Of a stretch of DNA of 64,000 nucleotides, positions 1 to 12,281 are shown one piece after another. The notes beneath the pieces were generated by a model. The model was not told the origin of the DNA and did not search any database. It saw nothing but the letters and a program-made list of their open reading frames with translations. The translations under genes were made by a program, and so were the position numbers. The DNA is from Nemertoderma westbladi (Eukaryota > Animalia > Xenacoelomorpha): assembly GCA_032718475.1 (NCBI GenBank), contig JAUCBJ010009095.1:1-64000 (forward strand). The letters run 5' to 3'. Each line of letters opens with the position of its first letter. Within the stretch, counting starts at the first letter, position 1.

Positions 1-2440
1 AAATGCCTCTTTAACTTGTGCAGTTCTTTACTACAAAATGGACAAAAGTTTTTTCTGTCCCCAGATGTTTCACTCGTAACTGAAATGACTATAGAATCTG
101 AGCCCGTCTGTATTTCTGGTGAAATACGTTCTATCGCTGTAGAACTTATATTTGACGAAGTTTCATCAACTTCAGTATCATAACTTTCCGATTCACTACC
201 AAATGAAGATATCTCATCAGACAATTTGAAAAACCGTTCTTCATCAAAACTAAAATTTAGCTCTCGAGTCGGCGTACTTGTTTGATACAATGTTTTATCG
301 ATATAATCATTCATTTCCATGATGACATTATTGCTTGTTTCACCCTCATTAATCGGAACTAAGTCGTTGGGCACTGATATGGCCGGAACTACGGCGTTGG
401 GCACTATGGCTGGAACTAAGTCGTTGGGAACTGATATGGCCGGAACTACGGCGTTGGGCACTATGGCTGGAACTAAGTCGTTGGGCACTGATATGGCCGG
501 AATTAAATCGTTGGGCACTGATATGGCCGGAAGTAAGTCGTTGGGCACTGATATGGCCGGAACTAAGTCGTTGGGCACTGATATGGCCGGAACTACGGCG
601 TTGGGCACTGATATGGCCGGAACTACGGCGTTGGGCACTGATATGGACGGAACTAAGTCGTTGGGCGCTGATATGGCCGGAACTAAGTCGTTGGGTACTG
701 ATATGGCCGGAACTACGGCGTTGGGCACTGATATGGCCGGAACTAAGTCGTTGGGCACTGATATGGCCGGAACTACGGCGTTGGGCACTATGGCTGGAAC
801 TACGGCGTTGGGCACTGATATGGCCACTGATATGGCCGGAACTAAGTCGTTGGGTACTGATATGGCCGGAACTACGGCGTTGGGCACTGATATGGCCGGA
901 ACTAAGTCGTTGGGCGCTGATATGGCCGGAATTAAATCGTTGGGCACTGATATGGCCGGAAGTAAGTCGTTGGGCACTGATATGGCCGGAACTAAGTCGT
1001 TGGGCACTGATATGGCCGGAACTGCGGCGTTGGGCATTGATATGGCCGGAACTACGGCGTTGGGCACTGATATGGCCGGAACTAAGTCGTTGGGCGCTGA
1101 TATGGCCGGAACTAAGTCGTTGGGTACTGATATGGCCGGAACTACGGCGTTGGGCACTGATATGGCCGGAACTAAGTCGTTGGGCGCTGATATGGCCGGA
1201 ACTAAGTCGTTGGGCACTGATATGGCCGGAACTACGGCGTTGGGCACTATGGCTGGAACTGCGGCGTTGGCCACTGATATGGCCACTGATATGGCCGGAA
1301 CTACGGCATTGGGCACTGATATGGCCGGAACTACGGCGTTTGGCACTGATATGGCCGGAACTAAGTCGTTGGGCACTGATATGGCCGGAACTATGGCGTT
1401 GGGCACTGATATGGCCGGAACTAAGTCGTTGGGCGCTGATATGGCCGGAACTAAGTCGTTGGGCACTGATATGGCCGGAACTACGGCGTTGGGCTCTATG
1501 GCTGGAACTACGGCGTTGGGCACTGATATGGCCGGAAATAAGTCGTTGGGCACTGATATGGCCGGAACTACCCTGTTGGGCACTATGGTTGGAACTAAGT
1601 CGTTGGGCACTGATATGGCCGTAATTAAATCGTTGGGGACTAATAAGGCCGGAACTAAGTCGTTGGGCACTGATATGGCCGGAACTAAGTCGTTGGGCAC
1701 TGATATGGCCGGAATTACGGCGTTGGGCACTATGGCTGGAACTAAGTCGTTGGGCACTGATATGGCCGGAATTAAATCGTTGGGCACTGATATGGCCGGA
1801 AGTAAGTCGTTGGGCACTGATATGGCCGGAACTAAGTCGTTGGGCACTGATATGGCCGGAACTACGGCGTTGGGCACTGATATGGCCGGAACTACGGCGT
1901 TGGGCACTGATATGGCCGGAACTAAGTCGTTGGGCGCTGATATAGCCGGAACTAAGTCGTTGGGTACAGATATGGCCGGAACTACGGCGTTGGGCACTGA
2001 TATGGCCGGAACTAAGTCGTTGGGCACTGATATGGCCGGAACTACGGCGTTGGGCACTATGGCTGGAACTACGGCGTTGGGCACTGATATGGCCACTGAT
2101 ATGGCCGGAACTACGGCGTTGGGCACTGATATGGCCGGAACTACGGCGTTGGGCACTGATATGGCCGGAACTAAGTCGTTGGGCACTGATATGGCCGGAA
2201 CTACGGCGTTGGGCACTGATATGGCCGGAACTAAGTCGTTGGGCGCTGATATGGCCGGAACTAAGTCGTTGGGCACTGATATGGCCGGATCTACGGCGTT
2301 GGGCTCTATGGCTGGAACTACGGCGTTGGGCACTGATATGGCCGGAACTAAGACGTTGGGCGCTTCCTGTGTCCGAACTTTGTTATCATTGGACGCTGAC
2401 TTGGCTGGAATTGACGAATGCGGGGTGGCTTCAGCCTCAC
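1..2440 (-). CDS. Exon 4 (partial, runs off window) of Tudor/repeat/zinc-finger protein gene
   Basis: Acceptor attattgcag|GT at 2441/2440, phase 1. The frame is stop-free to position 1: GEAEATPHSSIPAK..., then (ISVPNDLVPA/ISVPNAVVPA)n, then acidic Ser-rich SDEISSFGSESESYDTEVDETSS, then KNFCPFCSKELHKLKRH (CxxC..H). Repeat indels are multiples of 3. Confidence 0.85.
355..2363 (-). repeat. Coding 30-bp minisatellite (~68 units, with 27-bp and +12-bp variants)
   Basis: Unit gccggaact(aagt/acgg)cgttgggcactgatatg; encodes ISVPN(DL/AV)VPA on the minus strand. Confidence 0.95.
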
Positions 2441-2579
2441 CTGCAATAATAAATTATTAAGTGATAAAATTAAGTAATTGAATTTTTTCCGTTGTAATAC
2501 GTAATTTTATTCTTAAACCATAGCGTACTTCTCGACAGCGGTGTAGCTCAGTTATTTGAGCGCACGCCTTACTACCTAA

Positions 2580-2719
2580 TCTTGTATGCCCACAATTTAC
2601 TCATGGACTCCCAACACATATTATTAATAATAATAATACATATATATATTAATATATTAATAATATTGTGGTATTGACAGATGGGAGGCCATGAGGAGGT
2701 AAATTGCAGACATACAAGG
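2580..2719. mobile_element. Small degenerate inverted-repeat (MITE-like) element in intron 3
   Basis: cttgtatgcccacaatttactcatggactccc is an imperfect inverted repeat of gggaggccatgaggaggtaaattgcagacatacaag, with an AT-rich spacer. Confidence 0.5.
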
Positions 2720-2753
2720 TATCAGATAGTATTTCCAGGTATATCTTTTACCT

Positions 2754-2826
2754 GAGCTGCTAGCTGAATGGTTAGAGCGTCAGACTTCCAACCCGGAGGT
2801 CTCAAGTTCGATCCCACCTGGACGTC
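2754..2826 (+). pseudogene. tRNA-derived SINE head or tRNA pseudogene (TCC-like anticodon loop)
   Basis: A box TAGCTGAATGG (2761) and B box GTTCGATCC at tRNA spacing; anticodon and acceptor stems poorly paired. A second A-box-only fragment lies at ~2536-2570. Confidence 0.6.
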
Positions 2827-2931
2827 ATTGTAGACTTTGCAGTCATCCAAGCGCTGTGCCCAACCAAAGTTGTAATAATTGTTAAAAAATTATTAATAAT
2901 ATAATTAATTAGTTTATAAATAGAAAGTTAC

Positions 2932-3021
2932 CTTTTCCAGTGTATTTTTGTAGAATCCAATTTCTAGGAATAACCTTTTCAACACCATCGTCGTAATTTA
3001 CGCGTACGAAGCTTCTACAAC
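2932..3021 (-). CDS. Exon 3 of Tudor/repeat/ZnF gene (Tudor C-terminal half)
   Basis: ttctag|GTTGT...GAAAAG|gtaact; 90 nt, phase 1-1; GCRSFVRVNYDDGVEKVIPRNWILQKYTGK. Confidence 0.9.
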
Positions 3022-3577
3022 CTAGAACACAAATGCAAACATTATATTATTATATTATATATATTATAAACTCTTACCAACCATACGTGTGTCAGGTGGT
3101 TTACCAATTAATATATTTTAATCTACTGGATATTTTTAAATAAATACTGTATATAAACCACTTAGTCACTTAAAAATTCCTAAAAAAAACAGTTTAAGTG
3201 AGTGTGTGGTTTATATATTTATTTTAAAATATAATTTAAAGTAGGCTAATGTTATATCATTATATTATATATATCTATATCTATATCTATGTCTGTCGTT
3301 CGTTTTGCATGTTTATCTGCTAGTCTGTCACAAAATATGCCCCTGACATTTTGAGTCTATGTTCTTTTAATATGGTTTAGAAAAATACTGTGTTCCACAA
3401 AAAATATAACCTAAAATAGAATTGACATAGATGCAGAAGATCAGCCAACAGAAAAACATCACGAAAATCAGCCAAATTACTTGCATTTTTCAGTTTTAAA
3501 CGTACCTACATATGTATATTTGGATAAATTTATGGATACCGAAATAATTTTATATCGGTAACTTACGTTTGAACAAC

Positions 3578-4827
3578 ACAAGCTTGAAATCAGATAGAAA
3601 CTGATAAAAAATATTTACCGGTACCGGTATAGCAGTATTGAGCATCTTGAATAGAATGCGGATACTGTCTCATACTATTACTATTAGTATTGTATTTATT
3701 ACACTACAGTTTGTAGAACACGACTGTTACTGTATTACAGTACTGGGCCTAGGCCTACTGTAAGTGTTACTGTCATGGCTGAATTGAATTTTATTGAGAT
3801 TGGGAAACTGATCGAGACTGAGGAGCGCGTTATTGAATTTGCGCAAAGCGCCGGAGCTTCTCGCCCGAACTCTACAACCAAATGGGCAACTACCGGTACG
3901 TCTTTGTCCTTTTCCGGGTTGATTCATGCTGCTTGTTTGGCTCCGGCACAAACGAACTGCATGCACGTTCTGGAACGTTTGAGAAGAGTCGGTTCGAGGT
4001 TCGGCAGATTCTAGTTTTCATTTGATCTCGACGTTCGAATGCGTACTGCGCATCTGTTGCTAGGCAACATTGTTGGGGGGCAAGGCTAATTATGGGACGA
4101 GACGAGGGCTTTTTGCAACGTGGAGAAACATGTTGCCGGTGGAAGCAAAATACAGTCCGACGAAAATATTGATAAAAATATGTATAAAAATGTCTGCGTA
4201 TTGCGGTGTAAATGTTGGCATAACAAACGCCTCCAACCTAACCCGTGGTCTGCTACCAATGGAACAGGGACCTACATACATGAAACCGTCAACCATTCGG
4301 TTGAGTGCGAGTTGTTGAATGTGAGTGTGGCAGGCAAGGCAACGTACTCAACGTACTGTATAGAGTCGATGTTGGGCCACTTCCGCTCAGGGCCACTCAT
4401 CCGCAATAAGAAATGTACAACACCGCAACTTATTGCTGGCCACCTGACAGAATTTTGGTGGAGACTTTTAAATCGCGACCGACATTTCTCGAATCTCCTT
4501 TTCAAACGCTAGTTCCCTTGCTAAATGTCTATACGACCTGACCTAACCAACCCAAACGGCCCTTTTCAGGGCCAACTACTGTACGACCTGACTTTTAACC
4601 AACCCAAACGGCCTTTTTCAGGGCCCACATACTGTATAAAATAAACAACCGTATCGCAACGCACCAGCTTTATTAGCTTGCAATATAGATTAGGCATACA
4701 TACATTAAAATACAGTAATACATTTCCTTCAAATAACTTAATAAATAATACCTGTGCAATCCTCAAGGTGGTGCACAATACTGCTATAACGCTACCGGTA
4801 CCAATATTTATCTGATTTTAGGCTTGT
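3578..4827 (+). mobile_element. Decayed Merlin/IS1595(ISXO2)-like DNA transposon in intron 2
   Basis: Frameshifted ORF pieces carry HETVNHS, IESMLGHFR and HLTEFWWR, resembling the H-x-TVNHS / IESxW / YLxEFxWR motifs of the family. Imperfect ~80-bp inverted repeats lie at ~3578-3660 and ~4750-4827 (they may belong to a host MITE). Confidence 0.7.
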
Positions 4828-4921
4828 TTGGCTAGTGTCGTACAAAAGTACTAATACTGTACATTTTTTATCTATTAACATCTACCAACAGTAGTCATTC
4901 TATAATCTTTGAATATCCTAC

Positions 4922-5000
4922 CTTCTTTCTTGATTATTTGAACAATAACGGCTTCGTAGGTCCTTCCGTCTTGCCACTTGCATAAATAACGTTCTCTGAT
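4922..5000 (-). CDS. Exon 2 of Tudor/repeat/ZnF gene (Tudor N-terminal half)
   Basis: attattgcag|ATC...GAAG|gtagga; 79 nt, phase 0-1; IRERYLCKWQDGRTYEAVIVQIIKKE fits the Tudor pattern W-x-DG-x-x-Y-x-A-x-I. Confidence 0.9.
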
Positions 5001-5180
5001 CTGCAATAATTAACATAAATTATTAATTAAATTATAATTCTTAATATATTATTGTTATAGAAGTACCCTTTTACTACTTAAGGTACTACTTTGCTTAATT
5101 CTTTTATAGTAAGTTCCTCGTTTATAAATAAATATTATCACACGATTCAGTTAATCTTAATTAAATAATTGTAAAATTAC

Positions 5181-5240
5181 CTTTAAGTCTAAATTATCTG
5201 ACGACAGGCCCTCTTTTCTCCGTTTCGACATGGCTTTCAT
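5181..5240 (-). CDS. Exon 1 of Tudor/repeat/ZnF gene
   Basis: ATG at 5240; MKAMSKRRKEGLSSDNLDLK|gtaatt, phase 0 matching exon 2; KRRK is NLS-like. Confidence 0.8.
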
Positions 5241-5391
5241 CAACTCGTGGAAATAGTTCTACTGTACACTAAGGCCGGTAAATTTAAAACAAAACAAAAA
5301 CAGCACACAAATACTGTAAAACAAGGCCAAAATAAGGTAAAACAAGCCTTCAGATGATAATTTTCCTCAGAATTTTAAACTTCACCGCGCC

Positions 5392-5620
5392 TTTTTATAA
5401 AGATTGCCCGCCCCATTGCCCATCTTAAAAAACCAATCAAAGAGTTCGTTGTTGCTTAGAAACCTATTCCCGAACTTGTGTATGTCCTCATTTCCACCCT
5501 AGTGTAGCGGGGTGTGTGTGATTACAAACCAATCAATGGCGTCCCCTTATTGCTTAGCAACGCATTCCCGAACAACCGTATGTCCCCATTACCAACCTAA
5601 TGTGTAACATGGAGTGTGTG
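5392..5620 (-). promoter_or_regulatory. Pol II promoter of the Tudor gene: TATA box, GC box, duplicated CCAAT + RFX X-box-like module
   Basis: TATAAAAA on minus strand at 5392-5399; CCCGCCCC at 5407; CCAAT at 5433 and 5529; GTTGCTTAGAAAC at 5451 and ATTGCTTAGCAAC at 5549; TTCCCGAA at 5467 and 5565. Confidence 0.6.
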
Positions 5621-6340
5621 TTCTCTCTCTGATCGACCAGTACCACTTCGTACTAATATAAATATTATTAGTATGTAATAAATAAAAATTTCATGTTTGA
5701 ACATGACAGCTCATAACAGTTTGGGAACCTCATAGTTTATTATCGCGATAGTTTGTAAATAAGTTTTAATATATTAAATAACTAACTGCATTGTCCCAAA
5801 ACATAAAATGCATTTGCTTGCGATTTTTTGTATAAAAATGCCGAACATTCTGTAAGAAATAGCTTACTACTGTAGCTTTATATATAAAAATGGGGGAGGG
5901 AGGGTGTATCGTATCAAATGACCTAACGGAGAGCCATAATCAAGAAACATAAGATACAGTATATTCTAGAATTTTGAATTTTATTCGATTAAATAATTGA
6001 ATAAAATAATGTAGTAGGCCTATGTTAATAGAGTCACAACAAACACAATACTGTTAACAATGTATACAGCATCGGCCTTCAGATGGATCTCTTTAATTAA
6101 AGAGACTTCCCTTAATCCCAGACATACGACATACTTCCGACACTACCTTCAACTTCGTCCATTGCTCCTTTCAAGACTTCGTCATCGGCGACTCCTACCA
6201 TAATAATTAAATAATCATTATTATTAATGAAGCATTATATAAATAGATTGTGATATCAAAAAATATTCAACCTAGCAACAGGATAGTCATATACTGTACA
6301 GTATAGCAACGGATGTTGTACAGTTGATGGGAAACACTGA

Positions 6341-7262
6341 AGTTAGTGATGGCGTTACACGTAAGGACTTAGATATTAAGTTAGTGATGGCGTTACACGT
6401 GAAGGACTTAGATATTAAGTTAGTGATGGCGTTACACGTGAAGGACTTAGATATTAAGTTAGTGATGGCGTTACACGTGAAGGACTTAGATATTAAGTTA
6501 GTGATGGCGTTACACGTGAAGGACTTAGTTACACGTGAAGGACTTAGAGATTAAGTTAGTGATGGCGTTACACGTGAAGGACTTAGTTACACGTGAAGGA
6601 CTTAGAGATTACGTTAGTGATGGCGTTACACGTGAAGGACTTAGATATTAAGTTAGTGATGGCGTTACACGTGAAGGACTTAGATATTAAGTTAGTGATG
6701 GCGTTACACGTGAAGGACTTAGATATTAAGTTAGTGATGGCGTTACACGTGAAGGACTTAGATATTAAGTTAGTGATGGCGTTACACGTGAAGGACTTAG
6801 ATATTAAGTTAGTGATGGCGTTACACGTGAAGGACTTAGATATTAAGTTAGTGATGGCGTTACACGTGAAGGACTTAGATATTAAGTTAGTGATGGCGTT
6901 ACACGTGAAGGACTTAGTTACACGTGAAGGACTTAGAGATTAAGTTAGTGATGGCGTTACACGTGAAGGACTTAGTTACACGTGAAGGACTTAGAGATTA
7001 CGTTAGTGATGGCGTTACACGTGAAGGACTTAGATATTAAGTTAGTGATGGCGTTACACGTGAAGGACTTAGATATTAAGTTAGTGATGGCGTTACACGT
7101 GAAGGACTTAGATATTAAGTTAGTGATGGCGTTACACGTGAAGGACTTAGATATTAAGTTAGTGATGGCGTTACACGTGAAGGACTTAGAGATTAAGTTA
7201 GTGATGGCGTTACACGTGAAGGACTTAGATATTAAGTTAGTGATGGCGTTACGCGTGAAGGA
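6341..7262. repeat. 39-bp minisatellite (~23 units)
   Basis: Unit gttagtgatggcgttacacgtgaaggacttagatattaa; truncated units recur with a ~389-bp period. Confidence 0.95.
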
Positions 7263-7856
7263 GCTGGTAATATATACGGTATTATATATCTATATAGGCA
7301 TCACCTACTGTATATAGATAGATCTCACCGCTTCCTCCTCCAGCTCGCGATATTAATCTGGAACGCTGCCTCCATACTGGGAGCCATTGACCTCCTCTGC
7401 GGGCCTCTACGATATCATCGAGTAGTTCACCGGTTGTATTTTAATTATTTTGTCGTTTAATTATTAAAGCCTTGTTAGACACCTTGTTACCCTTTATTCA
7501 ATTTATTGTTTCTAGCCCAATAACTTTTTCGCGCACCAACCCTATTCATTATATCAATGACATCGTTTATATCATTCTTGATTCTTTATATTCAATAAGG
7601 CCTACAATATCACGACGTAACCTTAATGTCTTACCCTTTACTGTGTGAATACGTCTGTTTTTACTTTGTTTTCTAAGATTGTTCCATTTGACTATTCGGA
7701 ATAATTAATTAAATCTATATATTATACTAATATACTATATAATATATAATACATATTATATTTAATACATATAATATATAATATTATTATATAAAATAAA
7801 TTATATAAATTATTGAGTACAAGTTAAATTACTGGGGGAAACGTGGGATATGAGGA

Positions 7857-10320
7857 TTGTCTGGAGATCCGTTGAAACATGCCGGAATTGAGGACCTTTG
7901 GTTTATTACTAAATCTAGAATAGATGAGATGGGATGACATATTATTGGTAGATGTGTATCTGGAGATCCGTTGAAACATAGCGGAATTGAGGACCTTAGG
8001 TTTATTACTAAATCTAGAATAGCTGGGATGTGATAACATTATTGGTAGATGTGTGTCTGGAGATCCGTTGAAACGTAGCGGAATTGAGGACCTTAGGTTT
8101 ATTACTAAATCTAGAATAGCTGGGATGTGATGACATATTATTGGTAGATGTGTGTCTGGAGATCCGTGGAAACATAGCGGAATTGAGGACCTTAGGTTTA
8201 TTAGTAAATCTAGAACAGCTGGGATGGGATGACATATTATTGGTAGATGTGTGTCTGGAGATCCGTGGAAACATAGCGGAATTGAGGACCTTAGGTTTAT
8301 TAGTAAATCTAGAACAGCTGGGATGGGATGACATATTATTGGTAGATGTGTGTCTGGAGATCCGTTGAAACATGCCGGAATTGAGGACCTTTGGTTTATT
8401 ACTAAATCTAGAATAGATGAGATGGGATGACATATTATTGGTAGATGTGTATCTGGAGATCCGTTGAAACATAGCGGAATTGAGGACCTTAGGTTTATTA
8501 CTAAATCTAGAATAGCTGGGATGTGATAACATTATTGGTAGATGTGTGTCTGGAGATCCGTTGAAACGTAGCGGAATTGAGGACCTTAGGTTTATTACTA
8601 AATCTAGAATAGCTGGGATGTGATGACATATTATTGGTAGATGTGTGTCTGGAGATCCGTGGAAACATAGCGGAATTGAGGACCTTAGGTTTATTAGTAA
8701 TTCTAGAATAGCTGGGATGGGATGACATATTATTGGTAGATGTGTGTCTGGAGATCCGTTGAAACATAGCGGAATTGAGGACCTTAGGTTTATTACTAAA
8801 TCTAGAATAGCTGGGATGTGATAACATTATTGGTAGATGTGTGTCTGGAGATCCGTTGAAACGTAGCGGAATTGAGGACCTTAGGTTTATTACTAAATCT
8901 AGAATAGCTGGGATGTGATAACATTATTGGTAGATGTGTGTCTGGAGATCCGTTGAAACGTAGCGGAATTGAGGACCTTAGGTTTATTACTAAATCTAGA
9001 ATAGCTGGGATGTGATGACATATTATTGGTAGATGTGTGTCTGGAGATCCGTGGAAACATAGCGGAATTGAGGACCTTAGGTTTATTAGTAATTCTAGAA
9101 TAGCTGGGATGGGATGACATATTATTGGTAGATGTGTGTCTGGAGATCCGTTGAAACATAGCGGAATTGAGGACCTTAGGTTTATTAGTAAATCTAGAAC
9201 AGCTGGGATGGGATGACATATTATTGGTAGATGTGTGTCTGGAGATCCGTTGAAACATAGCGGAATTGAGGACCTTAGGTTTATTAGTAAATCTAGAATA
9301 GCTGAGATGGGATGACATATTATTGGTAGATGTGTGTCTGGAGATCCGTGGAAACATAGCGGAATTGAGGACCTTTGGTTTATTACTAAATCTAGAATAG
9401 CTGGGATGTGATGACATATTATTGGTAGATGTGTGTCTGGAGATCCGTGGAAACATAGCGGAATTGAGGACCTTAGGTTTATTAGTAAATCTAGAACAGC
9501 TGGGATGGGATGACATATTATTGGTAGATTTGTGTCTGGAGATCCGTGGAAACATAGCGGAATTGAGGACCTTTGGTTTATTACTAAATCTAGAATAGCT
9601 GGGATGTGATGACATATTATTGGTAGATGTGTGTCTGGAGATCCGTTGAAACATAGCGGAATTGATAACCTTTGGTTTATTACTAAATCTAGAATAGCTG
9701 GGATGTGATGACATGTTATTGGAAGATGTGTGTCTGGAGATCCGTTGAAACATAGCGGAATTGAGGACCTTTGGTTTATTACTAAATCTAGAATAGCTGG
9801 GATGTGATGGGATGGGATGACATTATTGGAAGATGTGTGTTTGGAGGTCCGTTGAAACATAGCGGAATTGAGGACCTTTGGTTTATTACTAAATCTAGAA
9901 TAGCTGGGATGTGATGGGATGGGATGACATTATTGGTAGATGTGTGTCTGGAGATACGTTTAAACATAGCGGAATTAAGGACCTTAGGTTTATTAGTAAA
10001 TCTAGAACAGCTGGGATGGGATGACATATTATTGGTAGATGTGTGTCTGGAGATCCGTGGAAACATAGCGGAATTGAGGACCTTTGGTTTATTACTAAAT
10101 CTAGAATAGCTGGGATGTGATGACATATTATTGGTAGATGTGTGTCTGGAGATCCGTTGAAACATAGCGGAATTGAGGACCTTTGGTTTATTACTAAATC
10201 TAGAATAGCTGGGATGTGATGACATGTTATTGGAAGATGTGTGTCTGGAGATCCGTTGAAACATAGCGGAATTGAGGACCTTAGATTTATTAGTAAATCT
10301 AGAGTAGCTGGGATGAGATA
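7857..10320. repeat. 99-bp (97-102 bp) minisatellite (~25 units)
   Basis: Unit gtgtgtctggagatccgttgaaacatagcggaattgaggaccttaggtttattactaaatctagaatagctgggatgtgatgacatattattggtagat; 97-bp units shift frame; ~493-bp higher-order duplication near the left end. Confidence 0.95.
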
Positions 10321-11137
10321 TATCTTTCCAACAATACAACTGGACTCATTTTCTCAGATCACAAAAATACTGTAGGCCTCCTATATTAATAGCTTCCTAT
10401 AATAAATATATTAATAGTGACACTGTAAGTGGTATGGTATGAGGCATTATAGTTTGAAATGTCACTTTGGTGTTGTATGTATATTGTTTTATCTTTAGTA
10501 TTATAATCACAAGCTTTAATTATTCATGTTCATTATCACTCCAGCCAGCGTCAATACAGTGTAACGGAATTAAATATATTATATAATTATACCCTGAAAT
10601 ATAAAGCCCTTTTTCCTTTACCGAAATCCCTTCTTTCCATTCATAAATATTAAGGAGGTAGTTTCGCGCCCAAAGTCATCGGAGTAATCATAATGGCAGG
10701 ATGGGGTGTAGCAGGACATCTTACCACATAAAAATTAAGGATAGTTATTGTGCAACCAGATAAGTTATCCCACCACACTAAATTTTGCCCTTCTTCGTCC
10801 ATTTTATCCGTATCCTTCCCTACTGTAAATGTATCACTACAGGACGCCACCTTGCGGCAAAAATTGAAATGTATATCCCTCATTTATATACACAGGATGT
10901 GTGTCCTCATTTCCTGTCTAGGGGGTAACTAGCTATGAATGTCCTCATTGCCTATGTAACATGTGATCTCAAATATAATGAAACTTATTAATTTTCATAA
11001 TTTGTCTTCATTGGAAACATGTAGAGGATATCTTGACGTACATTTTGATACCTTGGTTGAATTCACAGCAAAAAAATGAAAAAAGTCCCCAATTCCACTG
11101 TAGGAAGTAGCAAGTCCTCAATTGGCCGCCTAGACAC

Positions 11138-11564
<427 letters not shown>

Positions 11565-11598
11565 GGTAGCCATAAATGTCGGAAGCCATGGAATAAAT

Positions 11599-12036
11599 GT
11601 CAGTCTGTCAAAACATAAAAGAGAATTCAAATTAACTAACATTCTCGCTATGGGGGTTTTAAGGGGTGCTGATTTCATTTCTGATGTCAGTTTTCAGGTT
11701 TACATAAATCTAGTCTGTCTGTTTGTCGGTCTTTCTGTCAGTCAGTCAGTCTGTCAAAACTTAAAAAAGAATACAAACTAACTAACATTCTCGTTATGGG
11801 GGTTTTAATGGGTGTTAATTTTATTTCAGATGTCAGTTTTCACGTTTAAAAAAATCTAGTCTGTCTGGCTGTCGGTCTTTCTGTCAGTCAGTCTGTGAAA
11901 ACTTAAGAAAGTATACTAACTAACCAACATTCTCGCAATGGGGGTTTAAGGGTTGCTGATTTCATTTCTGATGTCAGTTTACACGTTTACATAAATCTAG
12001 TCTGTCTGTCTGTCTGTCGGTCTCTCTGTCAGTCTG
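11599..12036. repeat. Three diverged ~145-bp tandem units with GTCT/GTCA microsatellite
   Basis: ctaacattctcg..atgggggttt...ctgatgtcagtttt...aaatctagtctgtctg recurs at ~11635, ~11781 and ~11924. Confidence 0.8.
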
Positions 12037-12281
12037 AACTACTGTACTGTGGTTGGCATTACGCCATATACCTAACACTAATAAATACAGTCTACAATAC
12101 AGCCTATCTACAGTACAGAATGGATTTTTTGCCACGAAGAGCAATAAATGTCATTAATACAATCCACCAGTATACCTACTCCAAGAGCCTTCCAATAAAA
12201 CATGTATTCCAGCATGACGTCCACTGCACGTCTTCGTGTTGACCATGGTGACGTGCAGTGGACGTCATAGGCTCTAAGGGG

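Noticed and set aside
319-2460. 713-aa plus-strand ORF (GTDMAGTKSL repeats) and the 195-aa ORF at 1037-1624
   Set aside because: Antisense shadows of the minus-strand exon, which has splice sites, unique flanking domains and a longer open frame
2754-2826. Functional tRNA-Gly(TCC)
   Set aside because: Anticodon and acceptor stems do not pair and there is no poly-T terminator; treated as a SINE head or pseudogene
6324-10339. ORFs in the 39-bp and 99-bp arrays
   Set aside because: Unit lengths divisible by 3 give open frames by chance; the arrays contain frameshifting units and lack unique coding flanks
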